Shown here piece after piece: positions 51,301 to 63,329 of a stretch of 64,000 bases of DNA. Position numbers and translations under genes: made by a program. How positions within the stretch are numbered: position 1 is the first letter of the stretch; the number at the start of each line of letters is the position of its first letter. Origin of the DNA: Octopus sinensis (lineage: Eukaryota); the NCBI RefSeq assembly GCF_006345805.1, contig NC_043006.1:1736001-1800000 (forward strand), read 5' to 3'. The notes under the pieces are model-generated. The model made no database searches and was not told the DNA's origin. It saw only the letters and a list, made by a program, of their open reading frames with translations.

Positions 51301-54300
51301 AAAGCTCCATGAGGCTCCAGCAGGGGCGGGTGGCGAACCCTGCTGTACTCTTCCACCACAACTTTCTCTCACTCTTTCTTCCTCTTTCTGTTGTACCTGT
51401 ATTTCATAGGGCCAGCCTTGTCACACTGTGTCATGCTGAATCTCCCCGAGAACTACGTTAAGGGTTCATGTGTCTGTGGAGTGCTCGGCCACTTGCACGT
51501 TAATTTCATGAGCAGGCTATTCTGTTGATCGGATCAACTGGAACCTTCATCATTGTAAGTGATGGAGTGCCACGATATGTATGTATACACACCTACATAT
51601 ATAATATATATGCATATAATACATACACACACAGAGTAACTTAAGCATCTTTCTTTATGGATTGGAATTTACCTTTTAGTTGGAGAAGAAAATAAAACCT
51701 ATTGGTAATTGTTAGCAGCTCTGAAGAAAATGCGGAGGTAATTTCATGATATAATCGGTTTCACAGAAAATATAATTTTGATTGAGGCTAAAATCACATC
51801 CTTTTTTCCCGTTTATCTTTTTTTGATATTTTTTTTATTTGTGTAATACAAGCCTGAATAGGATGATTCCGTTTGTTAGTATATCGATTGTAGCAGTGGT
51901 TGCTTTTGACAGTTAGCTGTCTTTTCAACTATTAAATTAATCGTAATTATAACGAAGAAATCTTGCCCATCAGCTGCACAGTTAACATCATCATCATAGT
52001 CTAACATCCGTTTTCCGTGCTGGCATGGGTTGGACGTGTTGACTCAGAGCTGGCTAGCAGGGAGGTGTTCAGACTCCAACTATCTGTTGTGGCATGGTTT
52101 CTACAGTTGGATGACCTCCCTAATACCAACCACTTTACAGAGTGTATCATCATCATCATCATCATTTAACGTTCACTTTCCATGCTAGCATGGGTTGGAC
52201 GATTTTGACTGAGGGCTGGCGAACCAGATGGCTGCACCAGGCTCCAATCTTGATCTGGCTGAGTTTCTACAGCTAGATGCCCTTCCTAATGCCAACCACT
52301 CCAAGAGTGTAGTGGGTGCTTTTTATGTGCCACTGGCACGGGGGCCAGTCAGGCGGAACTGGCAATGACCTCACTCGAATCTTTTTACACCTGCCACCGG
52401 TACAGGTGCCAGTAAGGCAACTTTGGTAACGATCACGCTCGAATGGTGCCCTTTTATGTGCCACTGGCACGGAAGCCGGTTAGCCGCTCTGGCTGCTGTA
52501 CTGGCTGCTTTTTACATGCGACCAGCATGAGTGCATCATACGTGGCACCAGCACATTTTATGTGGCAGCTGCAAAGGACATGCTTGTATGTATGGATGAC
52601 TGAAATTTTACTGAACAACCCCCAGTCCCTTGTCATTTCCTCAGTGGGGCCCAGCATCTGAAGATCCTTTCTCACCACTTCATCCCACATCTTCCTGGGT
52701 CTACCCCTTCCACAGGTACCCTTCACGATTAGAGATTGGCACTTCTTTAAGCAGCTGTCCTCATCCACATGCAAATGTTTCAACTAAATATTATCAGAAA
52801 AAAATAATTTACATTTTTTATTAAAATTCTCTAATTTTTCAGTCTTTCCCTGAGCTGGAATCAGAAGTGAAAGAATGGGAGAAAAAATACAAAGCTTTCT
52901 CTGCCCTTGAGAACCAGAAAGAGAAAATAAAAGCTCTCAAGTCTGAAATGGCATGGTCTTTGGTCATTGAGAAAGAATCGGTGAGTTTACTTTTGCCACA
53001 TTTACAACAGAATTCAAAGACATTTTTTGGGTGGGTTTTTCCCTTTTTATTTTTTTGTTGCATTTTTTTCTTGTGCTTGCTTTTTGTTTTTGGTAAATTT
53101 TTTTTTATCTTTTATTTTTTACTTGCTTCAGTCATTTGACTGTGGCCCTTCTGGGGCACCACCTTCAAAGGTTTTAGTTGAACAAATCAAACCCTGGTAC
53201 TTGTTTTATTTTAACCCTGGTACTTATTCTATCTGTCTCTTTTGCTGAACCACTGAGTTATGGGGGCATAAACACACCAACAACAGTGGTGGGGGATTGT
53301 AAGCATACCGACTGGTTGTCAAGCATTACTTGGGGACAAACCCAGACACAAAGTCACATAGGTTTGGGTTGACCAATGAGTATGTAAAAGTATGAGGACT
53401 TTGATAGCAGGAAACTGTGCAGAATATTATCATATGTAGTCACTCAGTAGACCCTGTAAAAGTTGTTGGCATTAGGAAGGCTATTCAGCTGTAGGAACTC
53501 TGCCAAAGCAGACACTGGGGAGCTCAGCACAATCCTCTCGTTCATTTTGTTCCTGTTGAATCATCCAACCCATGCCAGCATGGTAAAAGGGATGTTAAGC
53601 ACAATGATGATCGTGATGATTTTATATACATGCATAAGGAATCAAGACATGTTTTTCTTCATTTTTCAAAATATTGTTTAAACAGAGATAAACTTTGAAG
53701 CTTACAGGATCATGAAATCTGAGCTTATCCTGGCTTCTGAGGTGTTTCAGCTGAGAGCACAAGACTAACCTACTGAATGGGATGCTAGTTATTGCAGGGT
53801 TAACCCAAAGTGCTACTGCTTCTCATTTTCAGTTTAGTGTATTGGTTTAATCATCATCATCATCATTGTTAAACGTCCGCTTTCCATGCTAGCAGGGGTT
53901 GGACGATTTTGACTGAAGGCTGGAGAACCAGATGGCTGCACCAGGCTCCAATCTTGATCTGGCAGAGTTTCTACAGCTGGATGCTCTTCCTAACGCCAAC
54001 CACTCCGTGAGTGTAGTGGGTGCTTTTTACATGCCAGGCGGTACTGGCAATGACCTTGCTCGAATCGTTTTACACATGCCACCAGCACAGGTGCCAGTAA
54101 GGCAACGTTGGTAACGATCACGCTCGAATGGTGCCCTTTTACGTGCCACCGGCACGGAGCCAGTTGGCTGCTCTGGCAATGATCACGCTCGGATGGTGCT
54201 CTTGGCACCCAACTAGCACAGTGAAAAGAAGTGCTTTGCTCAAGGACAGGTACACCACCTGGTTTGAAAATTGAACTCCCGAGCTGGCAATTATAAGTTC

Positions 54301-56243
54301 CGTGCCCTAACCAGTAGGCTGTGCCTCTTTACAAACACAAGATAACATATTATCAGTACTCTAAACACAGCTCTGAGATTGATAAAGGTGGAGTGGCTCA
54401 GTAGGTATGGTATTAGACTTCCTGTAGATGGGTCATGAGTTCAAATCAATTAGTGTTGTTTCATAGAATTTCCAAACTGGATCCTTTATTCTACATGGCA
54501 GCAGATCACTTAGACGTGAGTAGATTTGGTATCTCATGTCAGTGGGAGGTTTTGCATCTACTGCATACCACAAAACCAAAATAAGAAATGGCCTCTAAAA
54601 TCTTCCTGGGGCTTTCTGTGTCTTGTCATAATCATCATCATAGTTATCTTCTTCATTGTGCTGGTGGCACGTAAAAAGCACCATCCGTTCATGGCCGTTT
54701 GCCAGCTGCGGGTGGCACGTAAAAAGCACCCACTACACTCACGGAGTGGTTGGCGTTAGGAAGGGCATCCAGCCGTAGAAACACTGCCAGATCAGACTGG
54801 GCCTGATGCAGCCTTCTGGCTTCACAGACCCCAGTTGAACCGTCCAACCCATGCTAGCATGGAAAGCGGACGCTAAATGATGATGATGATGATGATTGTC
54901 ACCACCATCTTCATATCATCATCATCACCACCATCATTTTTATCATCATCATCATCACCATTATCATTCTCAAGTCTTCAGTTTGTCCTTTCATTTTATT
55001 ATCCTTTTCAGCATTTGGCACCGCATTTAAGAGAAAAATCTGCTGAACAAGCTCGGTTACCGAAATTTGAACAGAAAGTAACAGAAAGCAATGTACGTAT
55101 GAGGAACATTAATTTCAAAAAAATGTTAATTATTCAAATGGTCACGGCATTGATTATGTTAACTTTACACTTTACTAATTATGTATAAGGATAGTCTGTT
55201 TAATTATCATAAATTATAGGAAATGGTTTCTTTTTTTAAATTTTAGCCAAGTTAAATAGAAATTTATAGCAGGAATGCAAAGTGTTTGATGAGATAGTTC
55301 TGGAATTTATTATTTAATGTATTTCGTTTGATAAGTCAGTACCCTAAATTTATTTCATAACTAATATATTGAGGGTGATTATGCCAAACAAGAAAGTCCC
55401 TTGTTGGCACAAGTGTGGTTGCTGGATTTGCTAGGAATAGCTATGAAATCTTCTTCAGTTTTGTATGAATGAGAGCTGTTGAATACTGTGCTCTTGAATT
55501 ATGTTCAGAAAAAGGGAAAACGGACTGGTCACAGCTGGAACTCTGTTAATTATAGATTTACTTCCTGAGGGCTGACTTGGGGTCTAAACAATAAAGTATA
55601 CTTACATGCGCGATGACACGCGCATGGACATGCACAAACACACACACACACACACAAACAAACATGCACGCACGCACGCATCCCAATGAGAGATCCTCTC
55701 TTCAGTTGCTCAATCTCCTGCAAATGGTTCTCAAACATTTCTCAAACAACATACAAGTCTGTTTTCAAGATGGAAGTGAAAAACACATTTTATTTGTTGA
55801 CCATTGCTTGTTGCATAATCATAAATATTACGTAACATGTAAAGGAAGACAACTCTAGTTACATCCCTTTCACTTTCAACACATTTCCTGTAGTGTATTT
55901 TTTTAATTATTATTGAGCTGACCAAAGTCTGTTATTTTGATAAGTAATATAGCTTACGACCAATTCTTCCACTGTATGTAACTGTTTTAGTAGGTAGTAG
56001 AATAGCATTTATTAACTCACTAGTTCTCCCTCTTTTATCTCTTACTTGTTTCAGTCATTTGAATGTGGCCATGCTGGGGCACCACTTCAAAGAGTTTTTT
56101 TAGTCAAACAAATTGATCCCAGAACTTCGTTTTTTAAAGCCTTGTACTCATTCTATTGAGCTCTTTTGCTGAACCACTAAGTTACAGGGATGTAAACACA
56201 CCAACACTGGTTGTCAGGCAGTGGTAAAAGGACAGACACAAAA

Positions 56244-56306
<63 letters not shown>

Positions 56307-56674
56307 AAGGAGTGGCTGTGTGGTAAGTAGCTTGCTTATGAACCACATGGTTCTAGGTTCAGTCCCACTGCGTGGCACCTTGGGCAAGTGTCTTCTTCTA
56401 TAGCCTCGGGCTGACCAAAGCCTTGTGAGTGGTTTTGGTAGACGGAAACTGAAAGAAGCCCGTCGTATATATGTATGTGTGTCTGTATTTGTCCCCCCAA
56501 CATCGCTTGACAACCAATGCTGGTGTGTTTACGTCCCTGTAACTTAGCGGTTCGGCAAAAGCAACCAATAGAATAAGTACTAGGCTTACAAAGAATAAGT
56601 CCTGGGGTTGATTTGCCCGACTAAAGGCGGTGCTCCAGCATGGCCACAGTCAAATGACTGAAACAAGTAAAAGA

Positions 56675-56711
<37 letters not shown>

Positions 56712-57547
56712 ACGGATTTCTCTCTATTTCCGTCTATCAAATCCATTCACGAGACTTTGGTTGGCCTGAAGCTATAGTAGAAGAGACTTGCCCAAGTGGG
56801 ATTGAACCTGGAACCTTGTGGTTGAGAAACAAACTTCTTACCACACAGCCACGCTTGCGCCTCTGCATGTTTTTTTTTTTATTATTGGTTGGTAAATTAA
56901 GGTTTATTGGTTCACTTGTTACCAAGAAGAGGGCGCTTTACTATCCACTATCCTACTATCTACTAAGTCCAGGTTAATAGGTAGAAATGCTTTTTGTTTC
57001 ATTAGTAATTTTTCTGGACATCATTCACACTATAACTTTTTTTACTGGCTCTCTTGGCCCCTTTTACTGGTACCCAACTCTGCCCATTGGAAGTCATTAG
57101 CATTGTTTTTTGTTTCTTTAATTGGGACAGATCTCAATAATTACATTTTAGCCTTTGCCTTCTCTGTCATTAGATTATTAACTTTCAGGTATACTAAGTT
57201 TCAACTGGAGATTGGTGTTAGTTAGTAGAATTCTCATTCTTGGCCAAACACAAGCTACTGGAGAAGGAATATGTTCTGACATTATAGGATTTCAAGAATC
57301 TAACAGCCAGGGCTAAAGTTCTCTGCTCAAGATGCCAAGTATTACTCTTTTACTCTTTTACTTGTTTCAGTCATTTGACTGCGGCCATGCTGGAGCACCG
57401 CCTTTAGTCGGGCAAATCGACCCCGGGACTTATTCTTTGTAAGCCCAGTACTTATTCTATCGGTCTCTTTTGTCGAACTGCTAAGTGACGGGAACGTAAA
57501 CACACCAGCATCGGTTGTCAAGCAATGCTAGGGGGACAAACACACAA

Positions 57548-57579
<32 letters not shown>

Positions 57580-57721
57580 CATCATCATCATCATAGTTTA
57601 GCGTCCGCTTTCCATGCTAGCATGGGTTGGACGGTTCAACTGGGGTCTGGGAAGCCAGAAGGCTGCACCAGGCCCAGTTTGATCTGGCAATGTTTCTACG
57701 GCTGGATGCCCTTCCTAACGC

Positions 57722-57756
<35 letters not shown>

Positions 57757-60539
57757 TATATATGACAGGCTTCTTTCAGTTTCTGTCTACCAAATCCACT
57801 CACAAGGCATTGGTCGGCCCGGGGCTATAGCAGAAGACACTTGCCCAAGATGCCACGCAGTGGGACTGAACCCGGAACCATGTGGTTGGTTAGCAAGCTA
57901 CTTACCACACAGCCACTCCTTTGTCTGGGAAGTGACTCAAATTTTACACAGAAGTCATGGCTTCTTGAATAAAGCAATCACTGTGAAGTGTACAAAATCA
58001 GTGCAGTCTATGTATCACCTATAATTACTTCTCATTCAGGTGTCATTTCATGAACTGAAAAGTAGTGTTTCTTGACAGCCACGTATAACTTTTATAAAGA
58101 AAGACAACTCTCGTTACACGAATGCTGTTTAATCCTTCCATTACTGTATTTATTTTGAGACGCTTTGTGTTTCTTTCAATTAATTTAAATATAACAAAGA
58201 ATTTAGTAAAATAACTTAGGTATCATTCAGCTAGTGTTAGGAACATTAATTGTGACTAAGGTTTGGTGGAAGATTTTAATTCCAAACCTATGAAAACAAG
58301 ACATTTGTACTACAGAGCCAGTTTCAGCCAGGCTGGTATCAAAAGGGTTAAAATATATGGAGTTACTTGTCTTCTTTATTTCGAATAATCTTTTTTTCTC
58401 TGAAACAACACTAATCACTTCTATGATGTTTACCTTCCTCCTCAGAACAAAAAAAATCTATCTGTCCTGGATAATAATTGATTTTTAACATATCCCCTCA
58501 AAGGCCTAAAATATGAAGAATCATTATGGTCAATTATATTGACCCTCGCAACTTGACCTGTACTCAACTACCCCAGAAGGATGAAAGGCAAAGCTGACTT
58601 AAGGGTGATTCATTTGGAAATGAGGAACCATTTAAATACTACAAGGCACTTTGTCCAATGCCTTAATAACTCTGCCAATCCACCAGTGGGTCTCTTCTTC
58701 AATTCTTCATATTATTCTGCCAAGTGTAATGTTTATTTATGCTCATTGTTTTGTATTAATCATGCATTATTTCAGTTTCAAAATTTCAATGATGTGATTG
58801 TTTATGTTTAGAACGACATTGTAGGCTAGGTCTGAGAGGCTAAATCTGGCTGGTTTAAACATAAAACAGGTGGAATATTTTAGGCTGGATATGGCTGGTT
58901 TTAAATACTAAAGGATTAAACAGTATTCAGTTGAAAATTGAATAATGTATAAACATCCCTTTTTTGAAAACCCCTTAATCACAATTTTTAGCCTTTTGTA
59001 ATTATAATGAAGTCAACTCTTTAAAATTTGTACTCAATTTCTGTCTACTCTGTATGGTACCTTTTCCTTATACACACAACCACTTCTTTATTTAGCCCTC
59101 CCTCTCTCTCTCCCTCCACGTGAACCTGCATTACGTTAACCTTCAACTCTTCAAACTTAACCAAACCAACCCAACCCACATTCTCCGTCTTTCTGACCTT
59201 GGAAGCCCCAGATAGGTGAAAGCCTTTCCTTCTTTAATACAGCATTTCAAAAAACAAAACTCCAAGAACAAAGTACTTCTTTATAAGGTTTGCACATGTG
59301 ACCCACTGCTTAGCAACACAGTTTCTGAATCATTCAGATGTTGTGTACTCATCTATAATATCGGTTTCAAATTTTGGAACAAGGCTAGCAATTTGCGGGG
59401 AGGGGATAAGTCGGTTACATCAACACCAGTACTCAGCTGGTACTTATTTTATCAACCCCAAAAGGATGAAATGTCAAATCACCCTTGGTGGAATTTGAAC
59501 TCAGAACATGAAAACAGACCCAATGCTGCTGAGCATTTTGCCTCAAGAAGCAACAATTCTCCTACCTTGTACTTGTCTATAATATTGAAGAAGTCAATCA
59601 AATTATCAACAACCTGCTAGAACTAGTAGCACAGAGTCCAAATTTCCTTCAAACCACACTGTTTTAAAGAAAGACTGGTACATTAGATAATGTAATCCTT
59701 GATACACTGTGTCTCTAAAAAAAAAAAAAAGAAACTGAGATGATGATACATTGGTATGTTCAGACAATAACTGAAATAAAAATTATCAAATGTTTCTCTT
59801 TTGTCATCAAAGAATATAAAGTAAAGATGTTTTGGTTTTCGTCTGCATCTAATGTCTTCTATTTTATCCTGAAAATATATGTCCCCAATTATATTCATGT
59901 TGTCCATATAGCTTTTATCCTTTATTTGTTTCATTAAACTGTGGCCATACTGGCCTTGAAGAATTTTTAGTCTAGTGAATTGACCCCAGTCCCTTTTTTT
60001 TTTAAGCCTGGTACTTGTTCGATCGATATCTTTTGCCAAACTGCTAAGTTACAGGGATATAAACACACCAACACCAGTTGTCAAGTGTTGGTGGAGGACA
60101 AATACACACACATCAATATATGCGTGTATATATATATATATATAAGATGGGCTTCTTTCAGTTTCCATCTACCAAATCCACTTGCAAGGCTTTGATCGGC
60201 TCAAGGCTATAGTAGAAGACACTTGCTCAAGACTGAACCCAGAACCATGTGGTTGGAAAGCAAGCTTCTTACCACAGAGCCACGCCTGTGCATATAAACA
60301 AAGATTTATTGTAGTTTAATTTTGTTTATTTTTTTTCTTTTATTCTTCTCTTTCTAGACAAAACTTCAAAAAACAAAAGAAAAGGTTGAAGATTTGAAAA
60401 ACAGATCAAAGGATTTAGTAACGAAGGAAAAATCTCTTTTACCAGAACTTAAAAAAGGAAAGGAGAAGTTAAATAACAGTAAAGCAACATTACGATCTAA
60501 AGGGGTTAAGTACAATTTATCCTTTCTTTTTCATCTCTC

Positions 60540-60585
<46 letters not shown>

Positions 60586-63329
60586 GTTGTCATTACAAAA
60601 CATGTGAAGCACTCAATACCACTCTCTTGCTATTAGAACAACTTGCTTTAGGGCTAGATAACCCTTTTAGTTCTATCTGTTAGACTGTGAAATAGTTGTC
60701 AGTTGACAAGATCTTTACCAGTGTCTCCTGGTGTCGTGGTTGCATAAACATTCCATTCTCATTGGACACAAATCAGTGAGCTTGACTCTTTTCAATGTGT
60801 GAAACATTGTCAGTCCGACCTCGAGAAAGATGTCGTTTGTTCAATATTGCATCAAAGAATGAGAGGCAGGAATAACATGGTTAACCATGAATCCCTCGAC
60901 TTTAGAAAAGGGACTAAATATCGACTTCAAATTTTGGCACAAGGCCAGCAATTTCTGGTGAAGATTTAAGTCAATTACATTGACCCGTGTTCAGCTGGTA
61001 TTCATTTTATCGATCCTGAAAGGCAGTCAACCACGGAGGAATTTGAACTCAGAACATAAAGACAAACAAAATGCCACTAAGCATTTTGCCCAGCATACTA
61101 ACAATTCTTAAAGGGACCAAATATTGGTTTCATATTTTGGGACATGACCAGCATTTCGAGGGAGGAGTCAGTTAATTGCATCAACTCCAGTGCACCACTG
61201 GTACTCATTTCACCGATGACCTTCCTGTTGAACTCAGAACATAAACATGAACGTAAAGCCGCTCAGCATTTTCCCTGGCATGCTAACAGTTCTGCCAGTC
61301 TGCCTCCTTAATAATGCTTATTTATTCACATTTTTAAAAGTTCAAATTGTATTCTCTTGTAGCTTAGAGATTACAAAGATGTGATTGTTCATTTTTAGAA
61401 TGACATTGCAGTGCGGGTGTGAGATGCTGGATCTGGCCAGTTTTAACCTAAAACAGGTAAAATATTTGGGCTGGATTTGGCCAGTTTAATGCCAAAGGGT
61501 TAAAGGGGCTAAATATTAACATTGCAGCCGTTCTCTTTTTCTTTCCTTTCTTTACATCACACAAGTGATGGCAATGCCTAGTCTGACCCTTGTCAAAGAC
61601 TCTAAGACTGGAGAATGCTGAGAGAAGGGGCAGAAGTTATTCTTGCAAGGCTTTGGTCAACCCAAGCCTATGCTAGATGACAATCTGTTCAAGGTGTTGG
61701 GCAGTGAGGTGGAACCTGAAACAAAGCGGTTGTGAATTGAACTTCTTAGTGACACACCCATGTTGCAATAATTAGCACAGGTGTAACAGGTTTTTAGGGA
61801 ACCTTCAATTTCAAAACCATTCTAGATTACTGATTTTTTTCCTAACCAATAGATTTTCCAAACCACACCATAAATTAAACAAGTATTAAATTTACTTGAA
61901 TAAGTACCATTCAAGTGTGATCGTTACTGGCATCGCCTTACTGGCACGTGAAAAAAAAAATATTCGAGCGAGGTCGTTGCCAGTGCTGTTGGACTGGATC
62001 CTGTGCAGGTGGCATGTAAAAAACACCATTTGAGCATGGCCGTTGCCAGTACCGCCTGACTGGCATGTAAAAGCACCCACTACACTCTTGGAGTGGTTGG
62101 CATTAGGAAGGGCATCCAGCTGTAGAAACTCTGCCAGATCCAATTGGAATCTGGTTTGCCAGTCCTCAGTCAAAGAGTCCAACCCATTCCAGCATGGAAA
62201 GCAGACGTTAAACGATGATGATGATGATGATGAAATAAATCGAATGCCAATACCTGTACATCAGTATAAATGATACAAGTTTATTAATACTGTGCTGTGG
62301 AGGCACGTGGCTTAGTGGTTAGGGTGTTGGACTCACAACTGTAAGATTGTGGTTTCAATTCCTGGACCAGGTGATGTGTTATGTTCTTGAACAAAACACT
62401 TCATTTCACGCTGCTTTAGTCCACTCAACTGTGGAAATGAGTCCCACTAGTGGAGGCAGGTCGTTGAATGGTGAGGGTGTTGGATTTACAACTGTAAGAT
62501 CCTGGGTTTGATGCCTGGACCAGGTGATCCATTGTGTTCTCCAGGAAAATACTTCATTTTACATCGCTCCAGTCCACTCAGCTGTAGAAATGAGTTTAGC
62601 TTGGAGAGGGATTGGGCTCTGCTAGGTTTTCTTGCCCTAGATACACTGCATGGCTGCAGTGCCTTAACAACCCTCAAGGGGTTAAGGGACTTGTCAGTTG
62701 TCAACTGTGCAAGGTACTCTTCTGTCCAAGGTATTAGTAACCTAGTCATGTGGCTGCTAGACTTTGAAGTTCCTGCTCATAAATCAGTGCAGAACATAAG
62801 AGGAGGTTTTGGATCGTCCGTGTCTGGAAAAATTGGTCATTGTACCTGTAATACGCAAGTAATACACATTGTTGAATAATATTGATTTGTAACACAAACC
62901 AATCCAGGATAATGCATTGGCAGAACTGTATATCAGCAAAGAACAGAAACTAGTATTTTGCAAACAAAATGTTTTGCTATACTTGTTCTTCACAGAGTTA
63001 CAGACACTCCCTTATTAATGTTACTATCAGAAATACAGTGAATCGGCTGATTTCAAACCTGTGACCAACAAAATATAAGTTAAAAAAAAAAAAGCCCATA
63101 CTAACATTATTCAATAATTTTGAAGTTAATAATGAGGATAATTAATTCGTAATTATCAATGTCTTTTATTGAAATGAAATTATAAGGATACTTTAATTCG
63201 TGATTATCAATGTCTTTTATTATTGTTTTATGCTTTTCAGATAGAAATCAAGAAAGTTGAAAACAGTATTCGGAACTTAGAACGAGATGCTGAGCAAATT
63301 AAAGAAAGAATTCATGAAATCAAAAACAG
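30132..63329 (+). CDS. SMC6: Structural maintenance of chromosomes protein 6, 5' portion (10 coding exons, 1238 nt, 3'-partial)
   Basis: Join 30132-30311, 35610-35724, 40169-40274, 40780-40916, 45327-45469, 48321-48422, 52843-52980, 55012-55092, 60358-60504, 63241-63329. All introns are GT..AG with matching phases and no stop codons. Motifs [65 protein letters not shown] and EMAWSLV match SMC6 orthologues. Confidence 0.95.
30540..31030 (-). mobile_element. CR1-clade LINE 3' end in SMC6 intron
   Basis: [51 protein letters not shown]. Confidence 0.9.
32043..32225. repeat. About 90-bp-arm inverted repeat with minimal loop
   Basis: Arms 32043-32132 and 32135-32225 show about 8 differences. Confidence 0.92.
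33445..34490 (-). mobile_element. Head-to-tail cluster of about 4 SINE family C copies (core resembles the Meta-SINE domain)
   Basis: Repeated TGGTACTTATTTTATCGACCC.GAAAGGATGAAAGG.AAAGT.GACC..GAACTCAGAAC. Further copies at 22040-22215, 41090-41300, 41790-41960, 47095-47860, 58520-58690, 59360-59570, 60920-61310 and 63920-64000. Confidence 0.75.
35610..35724 (+). CDS. SMC6: SMC6 exon 2 ([38 protein letters not shown])
   Basis: ttttaacAG acceptor and GTAAGT donor; contains the first half of Walker A. Confidence 0.95.
35923..36295 (-). mobile_element. Non-autonomous Helitron (373 bp), related termini
   Basis: rc reads A|TCTCTCTCTATATAAAG ... CCCGagcaacacCGGGcgataccgCTAG|T. Confidence 0.8.
37838..38220 (+). 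mobile_element. tRNA-derived SINE family B, full copy
   Basis: GGAGGTGCAATGGCCCAGTGGTTAGGGCAGCGGACTCGCGGTCGTAGGATCGCGGTTTCGATTCCC head. Related copies: 51196-51575, 31605-31925(-); heads at 45985-46200, 62296-62600, 3508-3830 and 60-190(-). Confidence 0.85.
38645..39620 (-). mobile_element. Penelope-like element fragment (GIY-YIG C-terminus plus downstream segment)
   Basis: [34 protein letters not shown] is typical of PLE endonuclease tails. Confidence 0.8.
40169..40274 (+). CDS. SMC6: SMC6 exon 3 ([35 protein letters not shown])
   Basis: ttttctAG acceptor and GTTAGT donor; completes Walker A. Confidence 0.95.
40780..40916 (+). CDS. SMC6: SMC6 exon 4 ([45 protein letters not shown])
   Basis: ccttgcAG acceptor and GTAAGC donor; phases 2/1 are consistent. 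Confidence 0.95.
42334..44548 (+). mobile_element. 5'-truncated RTE-clade LINE in SMC6 intron 4 (sense), with 3'UTR and (GAT)n tail
   Basis: Frame is open from 42334 to the stop at 43896; flanked by (TA)n; 3'UTR ends ...GGACGTTAAAC(GAT)n. Confidence 0.93.
42379..43896 (+). CDS. RTE reverse transcriptase ORF (505 aa, uninterrupted, lacks endonuclease)
   Basis: [75 protein letters not shown]. Confidence 0.92.
   Translation: MIHEGVIPNDWCSSILVNCYKGKGDALDTNNYRGIKQLDQVMKVTERVISQLIRERVSLDEMQFGFMPGKSTTDAIFLVRQLQEKYLAKDKPLYLAFVDMEKAFDRVPRSLIWWSMRKLGIDEWLVRTVQAMYRDAVSKVRVGNMYTEEFKVEVGVHQGSVLSPLLFIIVLQAITEEFKTGCPWELLYADDLALIAESLSELEEKFQVWKEGLESRGLRVNLAKTKVLISRKVDNPQISSGRWPCSICRKGVGRNSVRCTQCKLWTHKRCSNVKGRLTGKIVFVCGRCSGALTSENLQKTTSVTFQGEKLEVVDSFRYLGDQVSSWGRCAESVTARIRIAWAKFRELLPLLVTKGLSLRVKGRLYDVCVRTAMLHGSETWAVTAEDMRKLVRNEASMLRWMCNVSVHTRQSVSTLREMLYLRSISCGVQERRLRWYGHVARMDEDRCVRKCQSLAVEGTHGRGRPRKTWDEVVKHDLRTLGLTEEMTSDRDLWKYSVREKTRQDK
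44885..45050 (+). mobile_element. Short CR1-like 3' fragment
   Basis: [20 protein letters not shown]. Confidence 0.6.
45327..45469 (+). CDS. SMC6: SMC6 exon 5 ([48 protein letters not shown])
   Basis: aacAG acceptor and GTAAGC donor; Q-loop region NPVVILNQ. Confidence 0.95.
46780..47035 (+). mobile_element. 3' end of a second RTE/RTEX-like LINE family
   Basis: [35 protein letters not shown] followed by a (TGA)n tail. Confidence 0.75.
48321..48422 (+). CDS. SMC6: SMC6 exon 6 ([34 protein letters not shown])
   Basis: ttcatcAG acceptor and GTAAAT donor; FFxxATQL motif. Confidence 0.92.
48673..50274 (-). mobile_element. Full-length degenerate mariner (DD34D) in SMC6 intron 6 with a nested RTE-UTR insertion (49655-49970)
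   Basis: TIRs TTGGGTCATCTCCATAAATAATGC and rc TTAGGTCATCCCATAAATAATGC; [19 protein letters not shown] and [13 protein letters not shown] (34-residue spacing). Confidence 0.9.
51196..51575 (+). mobile_element. SINE family B, full copy
   Basis: Colinear with 37838-38220. Confidence 0.85.
52145..52775 (-). mobile_element. RTE 3' end (C-terminus plus 3'UTR)
   Basis: [35 protein letters not shown] followed by UTR repeats and tail. Confidence 0.85.
52843..52980 (+). CDS. SMC6: SMC6 exon 7 ([46 protein letters not shown])
   Basis: tttttcAG acceptor and GTGAGT donor; LKxEMAW motif. Confidence 0.92.
55012..55092 (+). CDS. SMC6: SMC6 exon 8 ([27 protein letters not shown])
   Basis: ccttttcAG acceptor and GTACGT donor; phase 0/0; coiled-coil-like. 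Confidence 0.8.
56305..56675 (+). mobile_element. SINE family A, full copy
   Basis: Same head, core and tail as 1675-2070. Confidence 0.88.
58030..58351. mobile_element. piggyBac-like MITE right end (left boundary approximate)
   Basis: GGTATCAAAAGGG|TTAA; rc resembles the end at 28113. Confidence 0.45.
59915..60295 (-). mobile_element. SINE family A, full copy just upstream of SMC6 exon 9
   Basis: rc head and tail with a central (TA)n. Confidence 0.8.
60358..60504 (+). CDS. SMC6: SMC6 exon 9 ([49 protein letters not shown])
   Basis: Long pyrimidine tract with TAG acceptor and GTTAAG donor; phase 0/0; coiled coil. Confidence 0.82.
63241..63329 (+). CDS. SMC6: SMC6 exon 10 ([29 protein letters not shown])
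   Basis: gcttttcAG acceptor and GTATAA donor; coiled coil; gene continues beyond the window. Confidence 0.85.
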
